A DNA stretch of 64,000 nucleotides from Octopus vulgaris (GCA_951406725.2 OX597817.1:93930001-93994000); one strand, 5' to 3'; shown: positions 13,566 to 28,113, counted from the first letter of the stretch. Translations and numbers: made by a program. The notes: generated by a model from the letters alone, not told the origin.

Positions 13566-14665
13566 TACATAATGACTATAGGCACTCACATTGACAGGTC
13601 CACACATAATGCTTACACATTTACGCCATCACACACACACGCACATATACACACATATATATATACACACACATATATATACACACACACACAAAGAGGC
13701 CTGTCAATGTGCTTTAGGATTTCAATTTGCAACCACTTACTTCTGAGTTCGAGCCCATTCCGCGACAAGTTTGTTCTTCTACTCTCAAGATTTGCTGAAT
13801 TATTTATGGATAGAAATAATATATATGCATATATGTATGTTCTCTTTCTCCTTTTAGAGTAAATTTAGACCGGCAACCTATGTAAGGAGGTCTTGAGGAC
13901 TTTTATAGTTCCAGATGTCGCGATTATTTGTAGCATATGAATTAAGGATTTGCATTATCTCCTTAAGATTCCAAATTCAGCCATGCTTTGTCCAGACGGT
14001 TTAGTATGTACCATATTTCTCCAATAATAATACGTATGAAATTGTAGCTTGGGTGCTGGATTTGCAAACTTCTTATCAATAGTCCATAGGCATCCCATTT
14101 CGTGTCAGTGTATGTATGTATGTATGTATGTATGTATGTATGTATGTATGTATGTATGTATGCATGCATGCATGTACGTGCGTGAGTATGTAGGCGAGTA
14201 GATATGTATTATGTATGTACGTATATACGTACATAATTATATATGTATGTTCACTTCTGTTTTTGATTATTTAAGTTCATCCTCTGAGGAAAGAGCTGGT
14301 TTCTAACAAAGATACAAAACTCCGTTCTTTAAATGTTGAGAACGAAAATAATGTCACTTTTTAAACTTGAGAAAAGTCTTGCATATTTGTACTCTTTCAA
14401 CAATAAATTGTATTTGCAATGAGCAAGTTAGTTGGTTGATTTTTTCTTCTGAAAACCCCAGCTTATCCAGATTATCACTTGGGCATTTACCCAGAAAAGC
14501 AAGCGCACGAATTATTATTGGTATAAATGTGAAATTATAATCTGGATATAAAAGCTGGAGGTTTCGAAGCAGTTGTTCATAGTTATCTTTCTCTTTATCT
14601 TTAATTTGAAATGTATGTATGTATGTATGTATTTATGTATATATATATATATATATGTATGTATG

Positions 14666-15057
14666 GGAAGGGTCTTCCTTTGATGCTGACATGCAATGTC
14701 TGTGCAAGACCCTGCCTCAGTAAAGCTGAACTCAAGAGTCATCTTCGTAGTCATAAAGCGAGAAATATGAGTGACAACCTGGCCACTGGTGGTGGTGTAA
14801 CACACCATACTAATCATATCTGTCGGGCATGTGGAAGAGAGTGTAATTCGGCAGGAGGACTTAAACAACATGCAAAGGTACATGAAGCCCAGTTACAACT
14901 ACAGCCGGCTATTACCGGTAGAGGTATTAGTTGCCAATTCTGTACAAGACATTGTAGATCTTTAGCTGGGCTAAAATGTCACATTCGATCACAGCACCAG
15001 TAACAGTTAAGCTTCGTGCAATGGCCATACTCGATAATGAGGGGCAGCCATAATAAT
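14666..15057 (+). mobile_element. 5'-truncated RTE-like LINE 3' end encoding three C2H2-type zinc fingers
   Basis: CNVC..SHLRSH, CRAC..HAKVH, CQFC..HIRSQH, stop at 15003. The 3' UTR CATACTCGATAATGAGGGGCAGCCATAATAAT resembles the RTE tail at 60485-60520. Flanked by (TATG)n. Confidence 0.65.
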
Positions 15058-15141
15058 GTATGTATGTATGTATGTATGTATGTATGTATGTATGTATGTA
15101 TGTATGTATGTATGTATGTATGTATGTATGTATGTACGTAT

Positions 15142-16580
15142 GCAGGATGTCCTCAGTAAACGTTTTCACATATAGAATGATTATAAAGTCAATGCTTATT
15201 AAAATACAATTACAATTCATTTTCAAAATTTAGTAGAATCTACAGGTAGAATTTAATTGCTTTAGGAACGCCTGTTTTCACACCGATGACCATTCTGGTC
15301 CAGGCAGATATTATAATGCATAGCAATAGAATTGCAAGCATCAAGAAACATTTCATTCGGTATTTGTGTACATTCTTGTTCAATGGCTACCCTCATTCTG
15401 TCAATTGTTACCAGTTTTCTACTGTAACTTTATCTTTTAAGTATCCCCATAAAATAAGTCGAGGTGTAAGGTCTGGTGAACGAGGAGGATACACTACTGA
15501 ACCTCTTCGTCCAATCCATTTGTTAGGCAAAATTTCGTGAAGATTACGCATTACATTATTATAATAGTGTGGGGTACCTCCACATCTTACAAAAAACCCT
15601 CTTGAATGGTTGACATAATAGACTGCAGCAGCAAATTCAAGTAAATCGGCCCAGACACAGTACTGTCAAAAACGAATGGTTGAATTAATCTTTTTGAGGA
15701 TAAGTCGCCTCATTCTGTAATTCCTAGTAAAGTAATATGATGTTTCTCCGCAAGACGGTGAACTGGTAAAATCGTTACTGCATCGGTCAAAATGTTTAGC
15801 GGTATTTCGTCGGTCTCCATGCCCTGAGGCTAAATTCTGCTGAGGTCGACTTTACCTTTTACCCTTTCGGGGCCGATAAAATAAGTACCAGCTTAGCACT
15901 GGGGTTGACATAATCGATTTACGCCTCATCCTAAATTCCTAATCTTGTGCCAAAATTTGAAATTAATATGTTGATCCTCTGCAATATGCAGGTTCTCAGG
16001 TCCTCAGTTGATACAACTGTCGTGACTAATCAAGCCGTTTAATTTTAATGTAGCCTCATCATTCCAAACAACCATTGTTTGAAAGTGGGCATTTTTTATA
16101 CATCTTGCCAAGTATCACTCACAAAACTCCAGCGCTGTGATCATGCATTATATTTGGAATGTAATTTTCCCAATGATTGTGCTTCAAAATGCAGTAGACG
16201 CCTGATTTCGAAATTTCTGTCCCTGCGTCTCGCTAGCTGCATACGTTTTCTTCAATTTTGGCAATATGTTTCTAGTATCCGTTCTTTCTTTAAAGGGCTC
16301 ATCAATGTCCGCTGTTTTCTGGAAAAGTTTCTTGTGGACATTCTGAATGGCTTTTTGTGCCTCAAACTTATCTAAGTAGACAAGCTGGATCTGTTTAAAT
16401 CACCCTACATAAATTGTCTTTACACTTCGAATGCGTTTTCAAACTTTCAGAGGCGTTTTAAGATAAATTTTTTTTGTCCAAAGCTTAGTCTCTCTCCTTT
16501 CGTTATTTCTTATGGGTTAAATCTAAAAAGGATCGAAGGTTAAATGAAATATCAGCATGAATACATTTTTTGGACACTCT
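15142..16580 (-). mobile_element. Tc1/mariner-family element (rosa/DD41D-like), degenerate, interrupted by a SINE
   Basis: Minus-strand PPRSPDLTP..LWGYLKDKV motif. Degenerate CAGG(A)TGTCC / GGACACTCT ends. Confidence 0.65.
15733..15965 (+). mobile_element. CORE-type tRNA SINE
   Basis: GAGGTCGACTTTACCTTTTACCCTTTCGGGGCCGATAAAATAAGTACCAG core; tail TGTGCCAAAATTTGAAAT. Confidence 0.8.
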
Positions 16581-16717
16581 ACGTACATACAATCATACAT
16601 ACATATACACATACAATCAAACATACATACACTCAAACATACATACATACATACATACATACATACATACATACATACATACATACATACATACATACAT
16701 ACATACATACATACATA

Positions 16718-17766
16718 ATTTCCATATAAACAGTGGTGTAGACCGCCTCTACCTAAAGCGAAAACAAGGAGGCAGAGGCTTAACATCGATCCAAAATGCC
16801 TTTGAATGTCACATCATATCCCTTCGGCAACATCTTTTAATCACCAAGTGTCAGAGTGAATCCCTTGACCAAGTTTGCATACACGAGGCTGAAAACATCA
16901 TAAGATTTGGAAAGCAGTTTTATGCAACACTCTTTGTCTGATAACCTAGAGTACATACCCAAACAAGTCGCACGACTCTACCGCAACGTATCATCAGATG
17001 AAAGGATGAGCCTGTATGAGCAGAAGACTATGCATGGATATGTCAGTAGAAAGTAACATCGATCATCAAAGCAGTTTATCATGGACCAGTAGCTGGATTA
17101 CTACCTCCCACTTTGAAGGATATGCGTTTGCAATCCAGGAACAGGAAATATCAACCAAGTACCTGATACACAAAAAGGAAAGAGATGCAGGTAAAGCCGT
17201 GAAGTGTGACAACCGATGCAGATTTTGTGGAGTTCACAATGAAGATATCACCCACATTATAAGCAGTTGTCCGAAAATGTCATCACGGTATTATCTACCG
17301 ATGAGACACAATGTTGTAGCTAGGACACTCTATAATGAAATCCATCGGAAGAATAATCCTGAGGACAAAGAAATAAGAGCCTACAATGCCCTAGCCACTC
17401 ACAATAAAAAGGAATACAGGTGGAATGTGCCAGTAAAGACCTCAATAAAATGTACGCACAACAGCCCTGATATGATGATTTGAGATAGAGAAGAGAAACT
17501 GTGCAGAGTTGTGGAATTTAGCTGCTCAGCGGATGTTAACATAAAGCTGAAGATCAGTGAAAAAGAGAACACCTATGCTGAACTATTGAGAAATTTACAG
17601 TTACTCTCTCTAGATTACAAGTTCAGGTTTATACCTGTAATTATTGGGGCCCTGGGATATGTAACACATTGCCTAAATACCAATCTTGAGAAATTGGATT
17701 TCTCAAAACCAGAAACGAGAAAGCTAATTCAAAGACTACAGGTCCAATCCATCACTGGAATCGTAA
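16718..17766 (+). mobile_element. R4/Dong-clade non-LTR retrotransposon fragment (post-RT region, CCHC, REL endonuclease)
   Basis: [61 protein letters not shown] motifs, with frameshifts. Confidence 0.8.
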
Positions 17767-18214
17767 ATACATACATGCACACACATACATCACACATACA
17801 TACATACATACATACATACATACATACATACATACATACATACATGCATACATACATACATACATACATGCATGCATACATACATACATGCATACATACA
17901 TACATACATACATACATACATACATACATACATGCATGCATACATACATACATACATGCATGCATACATACATAAATGCATAGATACATACATACATACA
18001 AATATGTATGTATGCAGGTATTCATTTATGTAGATGTACGCACGCATATACAAGTGCTTCCGTAGCACTTACATAACCTTATTTGCCTTTTGGTATCCAG
18101 AAGATCGAAGAGGCAGGTAAGACTATGTAAATTTTACAGAAGAACCGCTGTTAGACTCCTGGTTCGATAATATTATGAGTGAGGAGTCTAACGCGGGTCG
18201 TCTGTGAGCGTGTA

Positions 18215-18696
18215 TAGGTTAAATAAAATGGGATCACAAAGCCAAGGCAGTGTGAAATTTCTAGGACATTTTATAAAGAGCAGAGTAGTCTTACAGCTGT
18301 TTCATGGTTATGAAAGATATCCCATCATAACAGATGATATGAGAGAGTTAAATAGAAGGAAATAGTAGAGTTCAATATAAGAAGTTATTATGGTAAGGGA
18401 GAGATATAGGAAGTATAAAGGTAAATATTAAAAAAAACAAAGATAAAGATATAACATCCAATACATATCATTATGTTTATTATTTTATTTCCCTTTCTAT
18501 GTCCTATATCTTTCTTTTTCCATAATATCTTCTTATATTGAACTTTACTATTTCCTTCTATTTAGCTCTCCCATATCGTCTCCGAGGACGGGATACCTTT
18601 TATATCTCTGAAACACCTGTAAGATTACCCTGTTCTTTATAAAATGTTCTAGAAATTTCACACTGCCTTGGCTTTGTTGCCTCATTTTATTTAACC

Positions 18697-18698
<2 letters not shown>
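18215..18698. repeat. Long imperfect inverted repeat (~220-bp arms), Penelope pLTR-like
   Basis: TAGGTTAAATAAAATG..CAAAGCCAAGGCAGTGTGAAATTTCTAG.. is mirrored by ..CTAGAAATTTCACACTGCCTTGGCTTTG..CATTTTATTTAACCTA. Confidence 0.85.
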
Positions 18699-18735
<37 letters not shown>

Positions 18736-18760
18736 TACACACACACATACATATACATAC

Positions 18761-18811
<51 letters not shown>

Positions 18812-19384
18812 TATATACATACATACATACGTACGTTCGTACGTATGCATGCATGTATGTTATAGTATCTTATGTGTACAAATAAATGTACAACTGTTAA
18901 AGTTTAGAGTTCCACATAAATTATCAAAATCAAGTCGACTTCCTGTCTAGTGGTTAAGCAACTACTATACTTAGTAGTATTACCAGTTATGAAATTCAGA
19001 GCAAATGTGTAGAAAATTAGGATAAACAGAAGTTTATATTATTAGTTTCTATGTACGTTTCACAATTATGGTTGCTTAGAACCATGCCGTGCTTATTTCG
19101 AGTGCATTTGGATGCTTAAACAGAACTGACAATTAGGGAACACTTTATTACACTAAGTTACAAAGAACTAATTATATCAGTTCTCTTTCCGTACGTAGGA
19201 ACTAATAATATAAACTTGTGTTAATAATAATGTCTCTCTCTCTTTCTCTCTCTCTCTCTCACACACAGACACACAAACACACACACACACACGCACACAC
19301 ACACAAATACATATACATATTTATATACATATGTATATATATACATACACACATTTATATATATATGCATACATATATATATAG

Positions 19385-19560
19385 GGAGAGTTTACGAAAA
19401 AACAAAAGACGAAGACAAGTGGCTTACAAAGCAAACCGATGTATTAGTATAACGCTCAGGAATAGAAAAAGTCTTTTATGTTTCGAGCCTACGCTCTTCT
19501 ACAGAAAGGGACACAGAAAAAACAAGGAGAAAAAAAAAGGAGAGAAAAAAGGAGAGAAAA
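19385..19560 (-). mobile_element. Short Penelope-associated repeat (second copy at 61440-61500, + strand)
   Basis: Shared TTTCTGT(A/T)GAAGA(G/A)CGTAGGCTCGAAAC..AAAGAC motif in both copies. Confidence 0.5.
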
Positions 19561-22500
19561 AAAAGATACATATATATATATGTATATATATATGTACCTA
19601 TATATATATATATATACAAAGGTATATATGCGCATACATATACATATATACATGCATATGTATACACACACAAATACTTAAGCACACACACACACACACA
19701 CATACATACACACATACCAGAGAGAAACATGCACATTTGCTGGGGGTGCTGTTTATTTCATACAGGCTTATCAGTATTTTAATATATATCTAAATCCCTA
19801 TGGATTCCAACTGGTTTCAGAAACCCAAAGCTCTAAGAATACGACTTCCACATTTATCTTACAGAGAAATTATATTTTCATTGATGATCCCAAATACAGG
19901 TGAAACATCCAGAATTATCACTCCTAGCTGATTGCTGAACAAATAATATTAGTGATCAATCCGTAGTTCTTTTTGTTTCATTGATGCTTGGTCGTATTTT
20001 AACTTCTCTGCATTAGGTATATCTTCATACTCTGATTGCGTACATAATCTGTAACCAAAGAAATTGTATTCGAGTAATATATACATATATTAGCGTACCA
20101 CGCCATGAATAATAACGGTAAAATATTTATCACGTGTAAATGTACTAAAAATGATAATAGTAGAAATTATGATAATATAAATTTATATAGTGTGTTCCTA
20201 CGAAATACAGTTAAAATATTGAAAACTATGCATTTTTCAAGTAAAGCCATTTGCCACGTCATAGTGGCTGTTCAGTGTTACTAATAGTTTAACACCAGAT
20301 AGACTGTCGGCCAGCTGGTTATCGGTGCGACGCTGCACCCTTTATATACAATATATATTGCTAGCAGGGGGAGCGAACTCCTATCATTCTCCAGCAGATA
20401 CCAGGATCGCGAGACTGACTGAGTTTCGAGCTGACTGGCTCATCCTCAGTCGCGCGCACCCGGCTTCTAGAGCGATTGCCAGGGTATTTTTCCATGACTT
20501 AGCTATATTTTAGCTATTATTGAATAACCTGAGAATTTTAGTGATCTTTTTTAGTTTATAGTGAAAGGTTTATAACTATAACAAGCAGATAGCTAGCTAG
20601 TTAGAATAGTAGGTAGGTAGGTAGGTAGGTAGGTAGGTAGGTAGGTAGGTAGGTAGATAGGTAGGTAAGTAGGTAGGTAAATAAACAGATTGACAGTGAA
20701 ATAAATTTTGACTGGAATTGAGTTTAACATAGTTGTAACATAGTTGAGTTTAACATAATGGTAGTGATAGTGGTGGTGGTAGTGGTAGTGGTAGTAGTAG
20801 AAGCAGCAGCAGCAGCAACAACAGCTGTAGTAGTAGTAGTGAAGTGGTGGTGGTAGTTGTCGTTCCTGGTCCTGGTACTGTTGTATCTTTCCTTCTACCA
20901 CTGTCGCCATTGCTGTTATTGTTATTGTGGTGTAATTATTAAATTTATCTTTTATATTACTGAAATGGTGTCAGTGTTTGTCAGATGTTTACGGTCCAGT
21001 GACACGACGTTCTCAAGTCTCAGCACCTGGTACATAGAAGCAGCTAAGTGGAACGGCGGTGGAAGAGAGATAAGACGGTGGAGGGTATCATAGTAATGTT
21101 GCCGGTGAGTTGGTAAGATTGGTGGCGATGGTATAGAAGGTGAGATTCTAATTAACTGTAATAGTGCTTGTGTTGGTGGGTATTACTGTTGTGGTGGTAA
21201 TGAATGTTGTAATTGTGGTTGTGGAGATGGTGAGAGGTATTGGGGGGGGGGACGTATATAATAGAGTATAGTATAACACGGTGTATGGTGTATACACATA
21301 CACACACTCACTCTGTCTCTGTCTCTCTTTCTCTCTTTCTCTCTCTGCCTCACACACACACACATATGTCGGGAGTTGTGAATCGACTTTAGCACAGTAT
21401 GTGGTTTGCAGAAGAGACACAGAAATAAATTAACGTTGGAATGCAAGAAAGAATCAGTGGGAATAAGCGGAGTGTTGCTGTAGTGAAGGTAAAACATGTA
21501 GGTCACGTCTGGAAAGAGGTTAAAGATTTTCAGTAAATACTATCTAAGAAACTGCTATATGAATATCGCTCAAGTAGCTAAAGGTCGTAAAAGTACAATA
21601 CCATCCTGGAACTGCTGTCTATAGGAAGTGCGGCGTGCAGTTTGAGTTCGTCCATGTATTTGTTATTCCATTTCATGGTAAAAATTTGTAGGAGGTTAAG
21701 AACAGACAAGTAAATTAACCCAATTCGTGGCTGGCATCGATTATATTGATTCAGAAAAGATTTGAACTCAAAACATCAAGAGATGTAAGTAAAAACATTT
21801 GTATCGTGGGCAAGATATATGCTGCTGCCTTCACCAGGTATGCGGGCATTTCACAAGGTATGCAAGTATTTTAAAAATACCTCACGGTGTGATGACCATA
21901 CCCTACATAGTTACGGGCTGCCCTTTGACAAGGAATAACACCCGTTCAATTATCCCGCTAGGGATACGGCGAAGTCATGGGGCAGCAAGATGGCGGATTC
22001 TGAGGAGTTAGCGAAAGAGCTCAACTGAGCACTTATGTTGAGTGGAGGAATTCTAGAAGAACAGCTGTCAGGACCACCGACCTCTATCAAGAGAGTAACT
22101 GCAATGCGTCCGTAGGGGTGGCGTCCATGGTTGTGTAATCTGCAAATGAAAGATTGACTATGACACAAACTCCCAATTCAAATTCATAATAATGAAATTG
22201 GGTGGCGACAGAGAATCATGGGAATCTGCAGAAGCAGTGAAAAGAATATAGCTAGTGAGTTGGATTGTTGTAGTTTAGAGCGTAGTAATGAGGCAGTTTA
22301 TGTGAAAAGCAATTCCAGGCGACAAATGAAACTTGCTTCTGAAGAACTAGGACATTTTATCCAACAATTTTCCTCACAGTTTCATTTAGGTTTTATTGAG
22401 ATTATGGCAGAAGACATTTTTCCAAGGTGCCATACACTGGGGTAATCGAATCAGAAACCATGTAGGTCTGCTCTAGAGTCGCTTGGATATTGCTGATAGC

Positions 22501-24999
22501 ACAGAAACGCAAAGAAACATCAGCACTGAACCTGAAGCAGGCATTTCAATACATTTGTTTGCAAGGCTGTCCCGTCTCTACACAGTAAGTAGAAATCTTT
22601 AGCGACTGAAGAGAGTTTAATGCTACTAGTTCTCATTAGTTCCCAACATAAACTCATTGAAAAAATAAATTCTGACAAATGTCAATAAATAACAAACGAT
22701 GCAGAATATTCAAGAAACAGTTGAAATGACGAACTAATGATAGGGTTTATACATGGTCGCTAGACTTGTTAGAAAAAGTTGCTCAAGTTCCTTCAAACAT
22801 ATTGTAGTAGAAAGAAAAGAAGGTCATAAAATGTTCTAGTCTCATATGCACAATACCCGAAAACAATAAAAGATGCGATATTCACGGCTAGGAATATCTT
22901 TGATTACAGAACTGCTGAATTATGGACTGACCTGTGCTAAACAGCAGCGGCAGCAGCAGCAACAACAACAAGAGATAAAGTGTGCATGTATCCATAGAGT
23001 GTTTCGAGAAAAGCCAGTATTAAATATCCACACAAAGCGTATGAGAACATCTTGGTAGATGAAATTGTATAAGGGCTTCCGGATTCCTACTTTAGATAAG
23101 GCTGTAATTCAACACCTCAAGGTTAGGGAAACAAATAGTTTGCTCCTGTTTTTTTAATAATTCTTCATTAGAAGGAAGTCGGCCAGCCAAAGTCGTTAAA
23201 AACCCATTTATCATGTTTCTTACCTAAGTGGTGGAGCACCTAAGTGTACAAGATCAAGTCATACTCATTTGCTAGAATGTGAATTTCAGTCTGACGTCCC
23301 ACTGATTTAACAACATACATCCTTCCAACCGATAAAATAAGATTAGCCAGCCCAATACTGTTATATCACCTTGCACAAAATCAGGAATCTCACTGTCTAG
23401 GCGATCACCTCGATGAAAATACATACATGCAGACTCTCCCTGTCTCTCGCTCACACACACACACACATACACACATATGCACACACATACACACATACAC
23501 ACATGCGACCGTGCGTAACATTCAGCAGCATTTTGCTCATATAACTTTTGCTTCCTGCTATGCCTCGTTTCTGTATATTTGTCACCCCACTTTATCCTCT
23601 GTGATCCCTCCATGGTTTGACTGATTTAATTGCTGTCACTCCCTTCTTTCTATCCCTCTTTCTATTTACCAATTCCTCCTTCCTCTTCTACTCTGGTGCT
23701 GCAACAGTCAATCTCCTCTCCAAAAAACTACATCGCTTTTTCCTTCGAATTCTGTCTTTCTTTGACTGTTCACTTCTTTGCTCACTTCTGTATTTTCTAT
23801 CTTTGTTATTCCTGGCGATGCTCGACCACACACTGTATTTTTTGCTTTAAATACTGTCTATATTCCATTTTTGTGTAATGTTTTGTAACTTTTTTCTTTA
23901 ATCGTGATGCTCTTTTGTTTCCTTGCAGTCAGAATTTTCCCATTAATGAATGTTCTGTTTTGGAATTTTCATGCTTACACGTGGAATATGAAACGCTGTC
24001 GGAAGGTGTCGAAATTACACTGATAACCAGGTAAACAACCACGTCGATTTTGGTGACTGAATAACTCGCCTCACAAAATACTTCACTAGCTTCAGTATAT
24101 CTCACATTCTGTTCCTTAATAATCTATTCATTTTTACTTCGAATCACACAAACATTTGTATTTTTCATTCGCTGGCTCTTAGACACATTAATTCTTTTCA
24201 ATGCCACTTTTACAGCTATTATAACAGTCTTTAGACCTCCGAAAAAACAACTGTATGTACTTTATCTGCCGTATATCATTCATTAATACTAAAAATAACA
24301 CAATATTTTATAACTTTTGTTTCCCCTTATAAGTATCTCTATGTAAGATTGCTGAATTAAACAGGTGTAAAATAAAATAAAAAACACACACATATATAAA
24401 TTATTTTGTATGCAGAACGCCATCCTTGATGAAATTCAAATTCAGCTATTTTCTTATTTTGGGGTGTGAAAATTTCAATCTACAAAGAAGACCGTTAAGA
24501 CTTACTTTGAAACCTGATTGAAGAAATTAGCATTACATAATTAGCATTTTCACTTACAATATTGTACTACAAACAATAAGCATGTATCACTTTAGTTGTA
24601 AAGAAATGTTTTAGAAATTGCATAACTATTTGTGATTGTATATATCTTGTTAGTGACCAGGTGGCTGAAGTGCGAGTAATTGTTACAGTTTCAGCACACG
24701 GTGTTAATTCAAATCACTTGTCAAACAAGTACATCTAAAACAAATAGAATAAGAACACACGCGCGCGCGCGCACACACACAGGGGAAGATAGAGAAATAT
24801 AAATAGACATAGCTAAATAGATAGATAACTAGAAAGATAGACAGACGGCCAAACTGACTGATGCATAACGAGACTGACTGTTGCATAAACAGAAGATATA
24901 TAGACAGACAGATAACTAAACAAACACACAGAAATATTGAAAGATATATAAACAAAAAGACTGCGAGAAATTCTTCTAGACACTGTTTATGCCTCAGCT

Positions 25000-27560
25000 G
25001 AGGCTTAAACGACCACTAGACTGACGCTATTAATTTCGCTACTCTTCACTCCAGTACCACTACAGTCCAGTCATGCCACCTAGATTCGGAGAAATCTTCT
25101 TTCTTGTACCTTCAAATCCAGATATTTTCAAAACAACATTGCCACACTGCTTGATCCATGGCCGATAAAAAAATTCTGTACCTTGTTGTTCTTGGGAAAG
25201 AGCGTGTGTGCGTGCCAGAAACCAATGACCTTGCTTCTCAGTGGATTTCAGGTAACCGAATCTAAGTAATGACATATTAGGTTGACAATATGTAGACACC
25301 TTGGTAATCCGGCTTTTGAATTTCCTCAAAAGTCCCTAATGGGTTGAATAGAACGTTTTGACTTCAGAAATCACCGCGTCATGAGAAAACTTACTGAGAC
25401 TGAAAGACTTTCGTAAATGTCTATTATATTCCACCGTGAGCCTTGTTCATGTTACTTTTGAGAGGAATTAGTCGGTGTCTCCCTCTTTGTTTTTGCTATT
25501 TTGATCTACATACCCCATCAACTGAGTGTTGTTTTTCGGAAACTGAAGTTTTCGGTGACACCTTGGGTGTGGTTGACTGCTTTTCATTTTACTGTTGTTG
25601 CTCTTATTGTTGTTTATGTTCACTTTGATGTTTCTTTGTTAGATTTGCAGGTTGGCTTGTTTTTGTTGGTGTTAATATTGTTGTTGTGGTAGTGGCGATG
25701 AGAAGTTACTTTGAGAAAGGCTGGCATCCACTTAACGAGAAATAAGTAGAGGAGAAAGATCGTAGAGGCTGACTGATTCATACGTATGTATTTATTTTGG
25801 GGTTGTTGTAAGGCGGGTGTTCATGTAAAACATCCCTTTTTGATGACGGAGTCCTCCATTTCGATATCTTGACTGTAGTTTTGATTTTGCTGTTGTCGCT
25901 GTTGCTGTTACTCTTAACGTAATGATTGCGGTATTAGCAGCAAGGAGTGTGATACTCTGGTTCATGTTAGGAAGTCTTCTTGTGGTTGCACCTGGCTCTT
26001 CTGCTCTCTATCAGATCTCTTATCCGATCCTCACTCTTCAAGTGAATTGCCTTGGGTATCTTTAGAATGTTCTCAGGCTGGAGCAGTATCTACATCTCTA
26101 TTTTGAATTCTGACTTGTTCCTGTGGGGCTAATCACGAGTTGGCACCTTCTTCATACTTCAATATAAAATAATTGATATCTAATCTCAGTTGATCTATCG
26201 TTGACTGTGTGATGGCTATTCATCGTCCCATATTGGACGGCATTAATAAATACATCGGAGGCGAATGTTTACCTGGTTATTTTCCTGGCCTCTTCTCTTT
26301 CGAGGCATAAAGTCACCTGGTTCTATAGTATCCGCCTTTCTTCACATCTTGCTTATAGAGGCAATGACGAGGTGGTGCAGGGTTGCTGCTGTTGTTGCTG
26401 TTGACATTATTGCTGAACTTATTGTTCGTGTTGATATTAAGATCAAGGGAAGCGGTGGTGGTTAAATCGAGTTGCTAATATGCATATTTTTGTTTTCAGT
26501 TTTTATATTAGAAAGAGGGATGCACTCAATCACAAAACCGATGAGTTTCTCCTCTATAGCGCCACCTCCCTATCATTTCTTCTTCATTACATGATGCAAT
26601 TTTAATTTTTAAATTTAAGGATAATTTATCAGCATTGCTTTTATTTATGTGAGTTCGGTCCTCATATGGAGGTTGTGCAAGAAAACAATGACACAACTCT
26701 TTAACAAATATGTAAAATTCCTATTTGGGAACACTAATGACAATTGTAACGATAATTTTTGAGTGGCTAAAGTATTATTAACATACTTTGCAGTAGTAGC
26801 AATAATAACAACAAAAAGCAATAACAACAACAGCGGCAGCAGTAGCAACAACAACAACAGCAGCAGCAACAATGATGATGCTGATTCTTTATCTAATACA
26901 AGAATATCAAATGATGGAGTGTGATAAGGAATGAAAATACAAATGTGTGTATTTATATAGTATGAAACATAGGAGAAAAAAAAAAAGATTTCTCTGAATA
27001 TCAAGGGCTTTCTCTCAGCTCTTAGAGACATACTGCGGGCAAGCTCGCCTCAGGACCTGGTCTCCAATGTCACTTTTCTTTCAGCCAATTTACAAGGTGA
27101 TGGTGGTATTTTCCTTTCCACTTACCCCTTCATCTACGAGCAAAATTGGTCGAAAAGAAAGTGTCTATTCTTTTACCTTTGAATCTTGCCCACCATATAA
27201 TCCGATTCGCAGTAACTACCGGACACAGAAAAACTAAATAATATCTTCGATCGAAGGAAGGTGGCCAGATGATCGTCACAATGAACTAAGTTGATAGCTG
27301 GATCTATTTTACGTGTGCCAACAGCTGTTGCACATAACTCCAAAAGATAGTAATGTACGGATACAGAACTGGTAGATGCAGAAATGTTTTGTTTCCCAAG
27401 ATTAGGCATTTAGGACAAGCTTGGCTGAGGTTACCACCGGGTCTATAGAGTATATTCCTACTGGTAACGTCACCTAGTAGCGCTAGCAGCACAACAAAGA
27501 TTTCTGGAAGTTGTAAATACTTCCCAGGCTGAAAATCCTCTGAGATGGAAGAGGCAGAAG
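25000..27560 (-). mobile_element. Highly decayed LINE (APE + RT) remnants
   Basis: Weak motifs only: LLGDVT (GDFN-like), ESDYM (IDYI-like), RFGY..STE (QxGF..ST-like). Colinear on the minus strand. Confidence 0.3.
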
Positions 27561-28010
27561 AACAAGGGGAAGGAGGAACACAAGAATGAAGATTGATTTA
27601 TGATTTTGTAAGATTTAATGGGGAATAAATGAGCAGAACCTGCAATAACAAAAACAAAAATGAAAGAAAACTGATAAGACACAATCACAATTTTCATGGT
27701 ACTCTGATTCTTTTCATATCTGATGTAAATATATAACGCCACGAGTAGAATATTCCATCGTCAAAAATGGATTAACCGACATTTCCGTAAGATTACGTCA
27801 ACTCTCGTGGGATTCCGTTAAACTGTGTCATGGCATGACTCACTTAACATGTGTGATAGTTGGTAATGTGACCTATAGTGTTATCTTATGAGGGGTTACA
27901 TGTGTTATATCTCACCACTTAAAGTCATTGGGAAATGGAAATGTATAAATATATAATACATGGGTAGACATTCGAAAATGGGTATATATACATAAGCAAA
28001 TGTATGTTAG

Positions 28011-28047
<37 letters not shown>

Positions 28048-28049
28048 TA

Positions 28050-28113
<64 letters not shown>

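Noticed and set aside
19800-22260. Faint RT/LINE remnants (19800-20090 minus, 21940-22260 plus)
   Set aside because: Motifs are too decayed to call boundaries or family.
22477-22590. Possible 108-bp host exon (AG..GTAAGT, open frame)
   Set aside because: No recognisable protein similarity, weak polypyrimidine tract and no partner exons.
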